Part shown: positions 1 to 9,208 of the stretch, piece after piece
Layout of the letters: every line of letters begins with the position of its first letter
Position numbering within the stretch: position 1 is the stretch's first letter
Origin: an uncultured Flavobacteriales bacterium
Lineage (GTDB): Bacteria > Bacteroidota > Bacteroidia > Flavobacteriales_G > JALEGO01
DNA length: 64,000 nucleotides
Assembly (NCBI GenBank): GCA_964403835.1
Contig: CAYOHR010000005.1
Location: 2,427 to 66,426, forward strand
Direction of reading: 5' to 3'
The notes under the pieces: generated by a model
Database searches by the model: none
What the model was told of the DNA's origin: nothing
What the model saw: the letters and a program-made list of their open reading frames with translations, nothing else
Program-made: the position numbers and the translations under genes

Positions 1-166
1 AAAAACCAACCTGGAAAGAATTATGGAAATGGTTGAGGTATAAGGATTGAGCGTGTAAATATTAGATTCAAAATAGACCAAAACTATTTAGAACCGTTCT
101 AAACACCAATTTTAACAACCTGCAAACAGCTCTTATTCTATTGATAATCAATATATAAAAACATCA

Positions 167-196
167 ACTTCATACTTGATACTTGATACTTAATAC
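167..196. repeat. four tandem ACTTNAT heptads (acttcat acttgat acttgat acttaat)
   Basis: Read directly; same heptad unit as the right arms of the hairpins at 2961-3036 and 10632-10719; no clear left arm found. Confidence 0.7.
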
Positions 197-225
197 ATCG
201 GGTTGCAATCAAAACTTTTCCTGAT

Positions 226-233
226 TACATTTG
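226..233 (+). promoter_or_regulatory. Bacteroidota -7 promoter motif TAnnTTTG (tacatttg) upstream of sdhC
   Basis: Exact TAnnTTTG 23 nt upstream of the ATG; a partial -33-like gTTG lies 20 nt further upstream. Confidence 0.45.
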
Positions 234-255
234 TTTTCATAAAATAAATTCAATT

Positions 256-942
256 ATGGCTAAATCAGCTATTTTAAAATCATCCCTCGCAAAAAAATAT
301 TGGATGGCTCTTACCGGTCTTTTCCTTTGCGTTTTCTTATTGGGACACTTAGCAGGAAACCTTCAGTTATTAATGGATCCGGCGGTTGCGCAAGAACAAT
401 TTAATGCGTATGCTAAATTTATGACCAGCAATTTGGCGGTTAAAATTTTATCTTATTTAACTTACATCAGCATTATTTTTCATGCGGTTGATGGGCTACT
501 ATTAACCATTCAAAATCGGAAAGCCCGGCCAAAATCATACGAATTTAATGCCTCTGGAGAAACAGCTATTTGGACATCCCGATATATGGGTGTACTAGGA
601 ACTTTAATGTTGGCATTTATTGTCACGCACATGGCTCATTTTTGGAGAGAAATGCATTGGGAATTAGAAACCACTTTCCTTTTATCAGACGGAACCCCGG
701 TAAAAGATTTATATTCGGAAGTGACCGAAGCATTTCAAAACCCTTTGTATGTATTGTTGTATGTAATTTCTATGTTTCCTATCGGGCTTCATTTATCGCA
801 TGGGTTTTCAAGCGCGTTTCAATCCTTGGGATTAAATCATAAAAAATATAATGGCATTATAAAAAACATCGGATTAGGATATAGCATCCTTATTCCGGCT
901 TTATTTGCGCTTATTCCTTTATATGTTTACTTTACGTTTTAA
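256..942 (+). CDS. sdhC: succinate dehydrogenase/fumarate reductase cytochrome b subunit (b558-type, three-subunit enzyme)
   Basis: 228-aa polytopic membrane protein directly upstream of the flavoprotein and Fe-S subunits; ATG at 256 preceded by a TAnnTTTG motif. Confidence 0.85.
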   Translation: MAKSAILKSSLAKKYWMALTGLFLCVFLLGHLAGNLQLLMDPAVAQEQFNAYAKFMTSNLAVKILSYLTYISIIFHAVDGLLLTIQNRKARPKSYEFNASGETAIWTSRYMGVLGTLMLAFIVTHMAHFWREMHWELETTFLLSDGTPVKDLYSEVTEAFQNPLYVLLYVISMFPIGLHLSHGFSSAFQSLGLNHKKYNGIIKNIGLGYSILIPALFALIPLYVYFTF

Positions 943-954
943 TTTTTTAAAGGC

Positions 955-2958
955 ATGACAAAATTAAATTCAAAAATACCTGCAGGTCCCATTGATCAAA
1001 AATGGACCACCTATAAAAATACGGCTCATCTGGTAAATCCGGCCAATAAAAGATCTATCGATATTATTGTTGTTGGAACAGGGTTAGCAGGAAGTTCTGC
1101 AGCAGCTACCTTATCAGAGCAAGGCTATAATGTAAAAGCCTTTTGTTTTCAAGATTCTCCACGTCGCGCACACTCTATTGCGGCTCAAGGAGGGATCAAT
1201 GCAGCTAAAAATTACCAAAACGATGGCGATTCAACCTATCGTTTATTTTATGATACTATTAAAGGGGGCGATTACCGCGCTCGCGAAGGCAATGTATATC
1301 GCTTGGCTGAGGTTTCTGCCAGCATTATCGATCAGTGTGTGGCACAAGGAGTTCCTTTTGCGCGTGAATATGGCGGTCAGCTAGATAACCGTTCGTTTGG
1401 AGGTACCCAGGTATCCAGAACCTTTTATGCAAAAGGACAAACCGGTCAACAATTGCTTTTGGGAGCTTATTCTGCCTTATCAAAACAAATTGCCAAAGGC
1501 AGCATTACCATGTATAACCGACATGAAATGTTAGATGTGGTTATGATTGATGGCAAATGCCGTGGAATTATTGCCCGGGATTTAGTCAGCGGACAAATTG
1601 AGCGACATGGTGCACACGCTGTGGTATTATGTACCGGCGGATACGGAAACGTGTTCTTTTTATCGACCAATGCCATGGGTTCAAACACCTCTGCTATTTG
1701 GAAAGCGCATAAAAAAGGAGCCTTTTTTGGAAATCCTTGTTTTACACAAATTCACCCAACGTGTATCCCCGTTTCAGGCGAACATCAATCAAAATTGACT
1801 TTGATGTCTGAATCGTTACGAAACGATGGTAGAATATGGGTTCCCAAGAAAAAAGAAGATGTTGAAGCGATTCGTGCCGGTAAATTAAAACCAACTCAAA
1901 TCAGTGAAGAAAACCGCGATTATTATTTAGAGAGAAGATACCCTGCTTTTGGAAATTTAGTGCCCCGGGATGTGGCTTCCAGAGCTGCAAAAGAGCGTTG
2001 CGATGCCGGGTATGGAGTAAACGCCACCGGAGAAGCCGTTTATTTGGATTTTGCCTCCGCCATTACCCGTTACGGAACTACCGAAGCGCATGTAAAAGGG
2101 ATTAAAAATGCCGATGCACAAACCATCCAGGATTTAGGTAAAAAAGTAATTGAATCGAAATACGGAAACTTGTTTGATATGTACAAACAGATTGTAGATC
2201 AAAATCCGTACGATACACCTATGATGATTTATCCTGCTGTGCACTATACTATGGGCGGTTTATGGGTTGATTATGAACTGATGACCACGGTGCCCGGGCT
2301 TTTTGCTTGCGGCGAGGCTAATTTTTCCGATCACGGAGCCAATCGTTTAGGGGCTTCTGCCTTAATGCAAGGCTTAGCCGATGGCTATTTTGTATTGCCT
2401 TACACCATTGGAAATTATTTGTCGGATGACATTCGTACCGGAAAAATCAACACCCAGGCGCCCGAGTTTGAACAAGCGGAAAAAACCGTCAGAGAAAACA
2501 TCGATAAACTCATTAACAACAAAGGAACCAAAACGGTCGATTATTTCCATAAGGCCCTCGGAAAAGTAATGTGGAACAAATGCGGAATGGGTCGCAAAGA
2601 AAACGAATTAAAAGAAGCCATTAATGAAATACGGGCTATTCGGGAAGATTTTTATAAAAATGTGATTGTTCCGGGCAGCGCAAATGAACATAATCCTGAA
2701 TTAGATAAAGCCGGCCGTGTTGCTGACTTTTTAGAATTAGGAGAATTAATGTGTTTAGATGCTTTGGAAAGAAATGAATCGTGTGGCGGACACTTTAGAG
2801 AAGAATATCAAACACCGGAAGGAGAAGCCTTGCGTGATGATGAAAAGTATGCGTACGCAGCGTGCTGGGAATATACCGGAGATCCTTCAAAAGCGATCTT
2901 AAACAAAGAAGAATTAATATTTGAAAATATAAAAATATCGGCTAGAAGCTACAAATGA
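955..2958 (+). CDS. sdhA: succinate dehydrogenase/fumarate reductase flavoprotein subunit
   Basis: N-terminal FAD fold [12 protein letters not shown]; covalent-FAD histidine context [15 protein letters not shown]; 667 aa typical of the Bacteroidota long form. Confidence 0.95.
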   Translation: MTKLNSKIPAGPIDQKWTTYKNTAHLVNPANKRSIDIIVVGTGLAGSSAAATLSEQGYNVKAFCFQDSPRRAHSIAAQGGINAAKNYQNDGDSTYRLFYDTIKGGDYRAREGNVYRLAEVSASIIDQCVAQGVPFAREYGGQLDNRSFGGTQVSRTFYAKGQTGQQLLLGAYSALSKQIAKGSITMYNRHEMLDVVMIDGKCRGIIARDLVSGQIERHGAHAVVLCTGGYGNVFFLSTNAMGSNTSAIWKAHKKGAFFGNPCFTQIHPTCIPVSGEHQSKLTLMSESLRNDGRIWVPKKKEDVEAIRAGKLKPTQISEENRDYYLERRYPAFGNLVPRDVASRAAKERCDAGYGVNATGEAVYLDFASAITRYGTTEAHVKGIKNADAQTIQDLGKKVIESKYGNLFDMYKQIVDQNPYDTPMMIYPAVHYTMGGLWVDYELMTTVPGLFACGEANFSDHGANRLGASALMQGLADGYFVLPYTIGNYLSDDIRTGKINTQAPEFEQAEKTVRENIDKLINNKGTKTVDYFHKALGKVMWNKCGMGRKENELKEAINEIRAIREDFYKNVIVPGSANEHNPELDKAGRVADFLELGELMCLDALERNESCGGHFREEYQTPEGEALRDDEKYAYAACWEYTGDPSKAILNKEELIFENIKISARSYK

Positions 2959-2960
2959 TG

Positions 2961-3036
2961 TCTTAAGTATTATGTATCAAGTATTAAGCGAATACTTTTT
3001 ACAAATTACTTAATACCTAATACTTTATACTTAATA
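2961..3036. repeat. heptad-array hairpin element, sdhA-sdhB intercistronic copy
   Basis: Left arm 2961-2993, loop of about 11 nt, right arm 3005-3036 made of acttaat/acctaat/actttat/acttaat. About 80% complementarity by hand alignment. Confidence 0.75.
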
Positions 3037-3045
3037 CCTTACAGC

Positions 3046-3798
3046 ATGAATTTAACCTTAAAAGTTTGGAGACAAAAAAATGCAGCAGATGCAGGTAAGC
3101 TAGAAACCTACTCCATTTCTGATATTTCACCAGATATGTCCTTTTTAGAAATGATGGATGTGTTGAACGATAAATTAGTTCTGGAAGGCAAGGATCCTGT
3201 TGCTTTTGACCACGATTGCCGTGAGGGTATTTGCGGAATGTGCAGTATGTTTATCAACGGCCGTGCACATGGTCCGCAACGAGGAGTTACTACTTGTCAG
3301 TTACACATGCGCACGTTTAAAGATGGCGATATTATTTATGTGGAGCCCTTTAGAGCACAAGCATTTCCTGTTATTAAAGACTTAGTGGTTGATCGCAGTT
3401 CTTTTGATCGGGTAATACAAGCAGGAGGTTTTGTTTCAACAAATACATCCGGCCGTACCCTGGATGCCAATGCTATTTTGGTTCCTAAAGCAGATGCGGA
3501 TAAAGCATTTGATGCGGCTACTTGTATTGGTTGTGGGGCCTGCGTAGCAACTTGTAAAAATGCTTCGGCCATGTTGTTTGTTTCTGCTAAGGTTTCTCAG
3601 CTGGCGTTATTGCCACAGGGTCAGGTAGAAGGCAATGAACGTGTTTTAAATATGGTAAATCAGATGGACGAAGAAGGTTTTGGAAACTGCACCAACACCG
3701 GCGCTTGTGAAGTTGAATGCCCCAAAGGCATTTCTTTAGAAAACATTGCCCGCATGAACCGCGAGTTTATGAAAGCAAGCATTACTTCGGAGGAGTAG
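3046..3798 (+). CDS. sdhB: succinate dehydrogenase/fumarate reductase iron-sulfur subunit
   Basis: Three Cys clusters: CREGICGMC (2Fe-2S), [11 protein letters not shown] (4Fe-4S), [12 protein letters not shown] (3Fe-4S). Confidence 0.95.
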   Translation: MNLTLKVWRQKNAADAGKLETYSISDISPDMSFLEMMDVLNDKLVLEGKDPVAFDHDCREGICGMCSMFINGRAHGPQRGVTTCQLHMRTFKDGDIIYVEPFRAQAFPVIKDLVVDRSSFDRVIQAGGFVSTNTSGRTLDANAILVPKADADKAFDAATCIGCGACVATCKNASAMLFVSAKVSQLALLPQGQVEGNERVLNMVNQMDEEGFGNCTNTGACEVECPKGISLENIARMNREFMKASITSEE

Positions 3799-3854
3799 AT
3801 TACCATTAATCGATTTTTTTTACGATTTTTCATCATTGGCACAAATTTTGATAA

Positions 3855-5114
3855 TTGCGCGCAAAATTTGTTATCCCTAAAAACTATATCTTGAAAAATT
3901 CATTTCTCCTTTTTATTACCCTATTTTATTTAAATGGCTCCATTCAGGCTCAATTAATAAATGAGTATTCTTTTTTTGAATTCGGATCTCAAAAGTATTT
4001 TGATAAACATGGATCGATTGGTTTTACATGTCACGGGCAAAATGAGTTGTTAGCTATTGATATAGATGATAGTTCAGCTTTTTACTTTGTTTCAGATTAT
4101 GATTTTGAGCTTATTTATACAGGGAAAGCTAAAATATTAAACAATCAATTGATCATTTCTTTTACAGGTAAATTTTCTGAAAGATTTGATTTTGAAGACG
4201 AACAGCCCTATTATATCGATAGTTTTAAGATAGCTTGGGTTGATACTTTTGTGAAAGCTAACTTACCTGATGCCGATCTTTTTAGTACAACAGATAAGTC
4301 AACCCTAATGGGTCCCTGTGGCGAGGAAAAAATTTCATCTATCATGAAAGAACTAATGATGAGAAGTATTTTGCTTGAAAGAATAAATTTTCCGATACAG
4401 CAAATGTTTGATTTTAATATACAGACAGATAGTATTATTATTGATTCTTTCAAGGTTCTTTTAAATGATGATGAAGGGAACGCAGAGCGGCCTTTTGGTG
4501 GTTACCGCTCAGCAACAATTTTTTATGCACCTGATAGCACATTTAAGGTTTTTAATTTTGAAGGGGAAGCCTGTGGTGCACATTGTAGCACGGTTGGATA
4601 TAATATTATTTGTTTAAAAAATGGAACCATAAAATTTGTAGATGAAGTTGGTTATATAGACACCATTATAAAACTAGACCCAGATTTATATTTAATCTCG
4701 GACAGCCGGGGTTTCGGAGGTACAATGGGTGGAGCATCCTATGATCTTCAAATAATAACTATAAAAAATGCTGAGATTCAAAATTCAAAATTCTTAATGG
4801 ATACAACTAAAATCCCCCTGAGCTTTAAATTATATAAAACTCCTTTTTCTTCAGAAACCATTCACTTTTTCGACCCTTTGGGGGGGTGCTCAAAAGGTTT
4901 TAAAACAGAGCAAGGATCAGATTATTTACTTGTTTCCTACCAATATGCTATTTTCAATACAGAGATTGAGGATTTTTTGAGATCAAAAAAAATTAAAATT
5001 AAAGGCACAAAAACAGCAGATTCAAACATTAAAATTTCAACCTCATTTAAGCTTCGCAAAAATCTCATTTTCGATTTTAAAGAAACGTATTGTTATTATT
5101 TGGATGAGGAATAG
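3855..5114 (+). CDS. hypothetical secreted protein (orphan)
   Basis: 419-aa ORF with no competing frame; hydrophobic N-terminus ending SIQAQ looks like a signal peptide; the start is a TTG and uncertain (alternative TTG at 3891); no motif recognised. Confidence 0.6.
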   Translation: MRAKFVIPKNYILKNSFLLFITLFYLNGSIQAQLINEYSFFEFGSQKYFDKHGSIGFTCHGQNELLAIDIDDSSAFYFVSDYDFELIYTGKAKILNNQLIISFTGKFSERFDFEDEQPYYIDSFKIAWVDTFVKANLPDADLFSTTDKSTLMGPCGEEKISSIMKELMMRSILLERINFPIQQMFDFNIQTDSIIIDSFKVLLNDDEGNAERPFGGYRSATIFYAPDSTFKVFNFEGEACGAHCSTVGYNIICLKNGTIKFVDEVGYIDTIIKLDPDLYLISDSRGFGGTMGGASYDLQIITIKNAEIQNSKFLMDTTKIPLSFKLYKTPFSSETIHFFDPLGGCSKGFKTEQGSDYLLVSYQYAIFNTEIEDFLRSKKIKIKGTKTADSNIKISTSFKLRKNLIFDFKETYCYYLDEE

Positions 5115-5131
5115 GAAATCATTTAAAAACA

Positions 5132-5181
5132 GGTTTAAACCAGGGCTATGATTGCAAATTGCCGGGTAGGCAGATGTTGGG
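5132..5181 (+). repeat. intergenic repeat modules P and Q (left copy)
   Basis: ggtttaaacc-a-gggctatgattgcaaattgccggg (P) directly followed by taggcagatgttggg (Q). Confidence 0.8.
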
Positions 5182-5190
5182 AATTATTTC

Positions 5191-5757
5191 ATGAAAAATA
5201 TTTTGCATAGATTTTGTAAGTGCCAGTTAATAGAAAAAGATAACTGCTTTTCTGTTATCGGGGGACGTAGTTTTTCCTCTTCATTTTTTAACATTTCCGG
5301 AATTTGGATTTCTATATCTTTAATTTTTTTTACTCAATTTAAATGGGGAGATTTCTTGTTGGCAAGCTTTCTTACTTTAATACTTACTATTTTTCTTGTA
5401 CTTGCATGTAAAATTGAGATATCAATTAGCAAATCTCATATAGTAGTTAAGCTGAAATTATGGATTATTCCTTTATACGTCATTAAAACTAAGACAGAAA
5501 AATTAATAATTAATGATAGCCAAATTAATGATATAAAAATAATATCCCAAAGAAAGGATTATTATAAGGAAGATATAAAGAATGATTTAAGGTTTTCATA
5601 TATAATGCCTATGGATGGAAACGAGTTTACATTTTACATCGACTATAAGAATCGGGAACGAACTTCTTTCTATGTTTGTTGTGATGATTTTTTTTGGAAA
5701 AGCATTATAAAAGGCTTAAGAAATCTTGATACTAAAACAACTATCAACACTAAATAA
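5191..5757 (+). CDS. hypothetical membrane protein (orphan)
   Basis: 188-aa ORF with two hydrophobic helices (ISGIWISISLIFF, LLASFLTLILTIFLVLA) followed by a soluble tail; very AT-rich; no motif recognised. Confidence 0.55.
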   Translation: MKNILHRFCKCQLIEKDNCFSVIGGRSFSSSFFNISGIWISISLIFFTQFKWGDFLLASFLTLILTIFLVLACKIEISISKSHIVVKLKLWIIPLYVIKTKTEKLIINDSQINDIKIISQRKDYYKEDIKNDLRFSYIMPMDGNEFTFYIDYKNRERTSFYVCCDDFFWKSIIKGLRNLDTKTTINTK

Positions 5758-5923
5758 TAAATATTGCTAGTGGTTCTAAACCTAAGCATTCTAACTATTA
5801 TTTCATTGCTTTCTCTATAAGTTGAAATGACTGATTTAAAATTATCAACTAACAGCTATGGGTTGGTGTTAAGCCAACTTTTTTTGACTTTTAACTTTTA
5901 ATTTTTTTTCGTATTTTTAAAAT

Positions 5924-6151
5924 ATGAATATTCAGTCAAAAAAATTGCTTTTAATTGAATGGATTACAGCTCTTCATGATTCTAAAGTTTTAGATAAATT
6001 GATTGCGCTTCAAAAATCTAAAGTTGAGGATTGGGCTGATAAGATTTCTATTGACGAACAGGAAGATTTGGAGATAGGGTTAAAGGATTTTGAAGAAGGT
6101 AACGTTATCCCTCATTCTGAAGTTAAAAAACTTTATGGCAAATTCCTTTAA
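5924..6151 (+). CDS. putative antitoxin (addiction-module component)
   Basis: 75-aa acidic protein whose stop overlaps the start of the downstream ParE/RelE-like ORF by 17 nt. Confidence 0.6.
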   Translation: MNIQSKKLLLIEWITALHDSKVLDKLIALQKSKVEDWADKISIDEQEDLEIGLKDFEEGNVIPHSEVKKLYGKFL

Positions 6152-6437
6152 GATCGTATGGACCAGCCGAGCATCTAAAAATTTAGAAAAAACCTTATTA
6201 TATCTTAAGCAAAATTGGACTTCTAAAGAAGTAAAGAATTTTACTGAAAATCTTGAGAGATTCATATTAGTTATTCAAAAGCATCCTGATTCTTTTCCTA
6301 TCTCTCAGAAATATAAACCCTCAAGAAGGGCAGTTATTACAAAACTAAACACTCTTTATTATCGCTTAGATTCTAATGTTATCACCATTTTAACTCTTTT
6401 TGACACAAGGCAAAGTGTACGAAAAATTAGGTTATAA
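6135..6437 (+). CDS. type II toxin-antitoxin system toxin, RelE/ParE family
   Basis: About 100 aa when started at ATG 6135 (MANSFKIVWTSRA...); N-terminal F-I-W-S..A..L and C-terminal ITILTLFDTRQ resemble Bacteroidota ParE-like toxins; the track ORF start at 6090 is probably too early. Confidence 0.65.
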   Translation: MANSFKIVWTSRASKNLEKTLLYLKQNWTSKEVKNFTENLERFILVIQKHPDSFPISQKYKPSRRAVITKLNTLYYRLDSNVITILTLFDTRQSVRKIRL

Positions 6438-6492
6438 TAGTCCTTTTACCCAAGTTAAAATTTCTTAATTTATTTACGTGCTTTTAACGGGT

Positions 6493-6515
6493 GTTGCGGT
6501 TAGGCAGATGTTTGG
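6493..6515 (+). repeat. intergenic repeat module Q (right copy)
   Basis: gttgcggttaggcagatgtttgg matches 5158-5181 (ttgccgggtaggcagatgttgg) with one indel and one mismatch. Confidence 0.7.
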
Positions 6516-6568
6516 CTCAATTTAAATGGCCAATTCAAAAAAGAAATCAAAGAAAATCGAATATAAAT

Positions 6569-6614
6569 CATAGCCCCCGGTTTAAACCGGGGGCTATGAT
6601 TGCAAATTGCCGGG
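6569..6614 (+). repeat. intergenic repeat module P (right copy) including a 30-nt perfect palindrome
   Basis: catagcccccggtttaaaccgggggctatg (6569-6598) is a perfect palindrome; 6591-6614 is identical to 5143-5166 over 24 nt. Confidence 0.8.
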
Positions 6615-6618
6615 GAAG

Positions 6619-6636
6619 AAACCGTTTAAACGGTTT
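6619..6636 (-). terminator. putative pgk terminator hairpin (aaaccgtttaaacggttt)
   Basis: 18-nt perfect palindrome about 40 nt downstream of the pgk stop on the minus strand; no strong U tract. Confidence 0.4.
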
Positions 6637-6673
6637 TAAAAGTAAATTGAAGAATCTAAGGGAAATAATACTG

Positions 6674-7864
6674 TTAATTCAAAATCGCCGAAACCCCTGG
6701 TAATACCTTGCCTTCTAAGTATTCTAGCATAGCACCACCACCCGTAGAAACATAACTAACCTGGTCGGCTAATTCAAATTTATTTACGGCAGCAACCGAA
6801 TCACCCCCACCCACTAAAGAAAAAGCACCTTTTTTAGTCGCTTCTGCAATGGATTTGGCCACAGAAATGGTTCCGTGTGCAAAGCTCTCCATTTCAAAAA
6901 CACCCATAGGTCCGTTCCACAATATGGTTTTTGAATTTAATAATACTTCTTTGTATTTTTTTTCGGTCTCTGGGCCAATATCCAAGCCCATCCATCCTTC
7001 TGGTATATCATGAATATTACACATGCCCTGGTGCGCTGCATTGTCAAATTTATCGGCAATGACCGCATCTGTTGGCAAATAAATATGTACCCCTTTTTTT
7101 TCGGCATCTTTTAAAATCTCTTTTGCGGTCGAAATCATGTCTTCTTCAACCATAGAATTGCCTGTTTTTCCGCCTAAAGCCCTCACAAATGTAAAAGCCA
7201 TGCCCCCGCCAATTAAAATGTCGTTTACTTTATCAACCAGGTGTTTAATAATTTCAATTTTAGAAGACACTTTTGCTCCTCCAATCACTGCTACTACCGG
7301 TTTTTTCGAATCATTTAATACTTTTTCAATGCTTCGCACTTCATCATTCATCAGGTATCCAAATAATTTATCTTTTGGAAAAAACTGAGCAATAATAGCC
7401 GTGGATGCATGCGCCCGGTGCGCCGTTCCAAAAGCATCATTCACATATACATCGCCATGTTTGGCTAATTTTTTAGCAAAGTTTTCATCGCCTTTTTCTT
7501 CTTCTTTATAAAATCGCAAATTTTCCAATAAAATAATTTCTCCCGGTTTTAAATTAGCTGTAGCTTTTTCTGCTTTTTCACCAATGCAATCATCCACAAA
7601 CAAAACGGGTTTACCCACCAGGGTAATCAATTCTTTCACAATGTGTTTTAAGGAGAATTCATCGGCAGGGCCATTTTTTGGTCGGCCTAAATGCGACATT
7701 AATACAACCGATCCGCCTTCAGCAAGAATTTTTTTAATGGTTGGAATGGCTGCTTTTATGCGGGTATTATCCGTTACTTCGAAATGATCGTTCAACGGAA
7801 CGTTAAAATCAACACGTATTAAAGCTCGTTTATTTTTGAAAGAATAGGTATCGATATTCTGCAT
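6674..7864 (-). CDS. pgk: phosphoglycerate kinase
   Basis: RVDFNVPL and [10 protein letters not shown] motifs; 396 aa when started at the second ATG (7864), the usual Pgk length; the track ORF extends to 7891. Confidence 0.95.
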   Translation of the reverse strand: MQNIDTYSFKNKRALIRVDFNVPLNDHFEVTDNTRIKAAIPTIKKILAEGGSVVLMSHLGRPKNGPADEFSLKHIVKELITLVGKPVLFVDDCIGEKAEKATANLKPGEIILLENLRFYKEEEKGDENFAKKLAKHGDVYVNDAFGTAHRAHASTAIIAQFFPKDKLFGYLMNDEVRSIEKVLNDSKKPVVAVIGGAKVSSKIEIIKHLVDKVNDILIGGGMAFTFVRALGGKTGNSMVEEDMISTAKEILKDAEKKGVHIYLPTDAVIADKFDNAAHQGMCNIHDIPEGWMGLDIGPETEKKYKEVLLNSKTILWNGPMGVFEMESFAHGTISVAKSIAEATKKGAFSLVGGGDSVAAVNKFELADQVSYVSTGGGAMLEYLEGKVLPGVSAILN

Positions 7865-8241
7865 AAGACAGGGAGTATTAATTTGTTGCAAAATTAATAC
7901 TAATCCAGGTTGGGTGCAAGTTTAGTGCCCTTGTTTTTAATAGAGATCTTCATAATTCAACAAAAATATGGTTAAAAGATGGCGTTACATCCTCCGAAGC
8001 CGACCTTTAATCATTTTCTGTATCACGTGCACCGCAGAAATGCGCGCTGGGCTTAGTAAGGAATCCTTGAAGCACTGCTATTTCAAAGAGCTACCATATC
8101 TGTTTCTTCTGTACTGCTTCAAAAAGTATACATGGTGCAGAGCTTGGATTTCGTGAGAATTTCGAGGATACCACGTGAAAGAAAAGGATTAGAAGTCTTG
8201 ATTTTTTGATCCTTTTTTATCAAGAAAAAAGGATGAAAGCC

Positions 8242-8277
8242 TGTTCTGGTATGTTGTTTCTCTTTTTCCTTGGAAGA
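8242..8277 (-). repeat. short module of the mosaic intergenic repeat family
   Basis: The reverse complement cttccaaggaaaaagagaaacaacataccagaaca matches 51799-51834 with one indel and two mismatches. Confidence 0.7.
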
Positions 8278-8331
8278 AACAAAGAGATTGCCGCGCTACA
8301 CTTCGTTTCGCTCGCAATGACGATTGAATCT

Positions 8332-8347
8332 TGCCTGTTTGCAGGCA
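8332..8347 (-). terminator. putative rsmI terminator hairpin (tgcctg-tttg-caggca)
   Basis: 6-bp stem immediately downstream of the rsmI stop; no U tract. Confidence 0.3.
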
Positions 8348-8349
8348 GA

Positions 8350-9021
8350 TTAAGAAAGGTTTTTAATCAATAAAACAATTTCGCCGCGGGGGGCAATTTT
8401 CTCAAAATGCGCCTTTACTTCCGCAATATTTCCCCGAACAAATTCCTCATATATTTTGCTTATTTCACGCACCACTACTACTTGTGTATTGGGTTTAAAA
8501 TAAGTCTCCAAATCTTTTAGTGTTTTGTTTAATTTATGAGGCGATTCATATATAACAATGGTTTTTTCCTCCTCAGTCAGAGCCTTAAAAATAGTTTGTC
8601 GGCCCTTTTTTACGGGTAAAAACCCTTGAAAAATGAAGGTATCGCAGGGTAATCCGGAGGCTACTAAAGCAGGAACAAAAGCGGTTGCGCCCGGTAAACA
8701 TTCTACTTTAATTCCCTCTTTTACACATTCCCGTACAATTAAAAATCCCGGATCAGAAATACCCGGAGTACCTGCATCTGAAACCAATGCAATGGTTTTG
8801 CCTTGTTTTAATTGATGAATATAATCTGGTAATTTATGATGCTCATTATGCATGTGAAAAGAGTACAAGGGTTTTTCAATTTGATAATGATGAAATAGCT
8901 TTAAGGTTTGGCGGGTATCTTCTGCCAATACCAAATCTACTTCTTTTAAAATCCGGAGGGCACGTAAAGTAATATCTTCCAGATTTCCTATGGGGGTAGG
9001 TATAATGTATAGTTTCGACAT
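8350..9021 (-). CDS. rsmI: 16S rRNA (cytidine1402-2'-O)-methyltransferase
   Basis: N-terminus LYIIPTPIGNLEDITLRALRILKEVDLVLAEDTR is characteristic of RsmI; started at ATG 9021 (MSKLYII). Confidence 0.9.
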   Translation of the reverse strand: MSKLYIIPTPIGNLEDITLRALRILKEVDLVLAEDTRQTLKLFHHYQIEKPLYSFHMHNEHHKLPDYIHQLKQGKTIALVSDAGTPGISDPGFLIVRECVKEGIKVECLPGATAFVPALVASGLPCDTFIFQGFLPVKKGRQTIFKALTEEEKTIVIYESPHKLNKTLKDLETYFKPNTQVVVVREISKIYEEFVRGNIAEVKAHFEKIAPRGEIVLLIKNLS

Positions 9022-9208
9022 GGTTAACCGGATAATATTAGGCATGCAATATAAAGTAAAATATTTTTTTCACATGACATAAATCAGCAAATTTTCTTGT
9101 AAAAAATACTCAACTTTGAATTTAAAGATAATTTAACATCCTTTTTTCAATGATTTGTAAAGGATATTCATATTATTATTACCTTAGAAAGCTTTTCAAA
9201 AACGAAAT

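Noticed and set aside
570-842. Short alternative-frame and antisense ORFs inside sdhC, sdhA, sdhB, pgk, pyk, the ABC transporters, dsbD and others (many 60-105-aa track entries)
   Set aside because: All are nested within longer, motif-supported genes. None has independent evidence.
6491-6703. 70-aa ORF downstream of the toxin gene
   Set aside because: It spans the repeat modules, the 30-nt palindrome and the pgk terminator, and overlaps the pgk 3' end on the opposite strand.
7968-8156. 62-aa ORF in the pgk-rsmI gap
   Set aside because: Cys/Arg-rich nonsense-like composition with no motif. The region is treated as noncoding and flagged as a finding instead.
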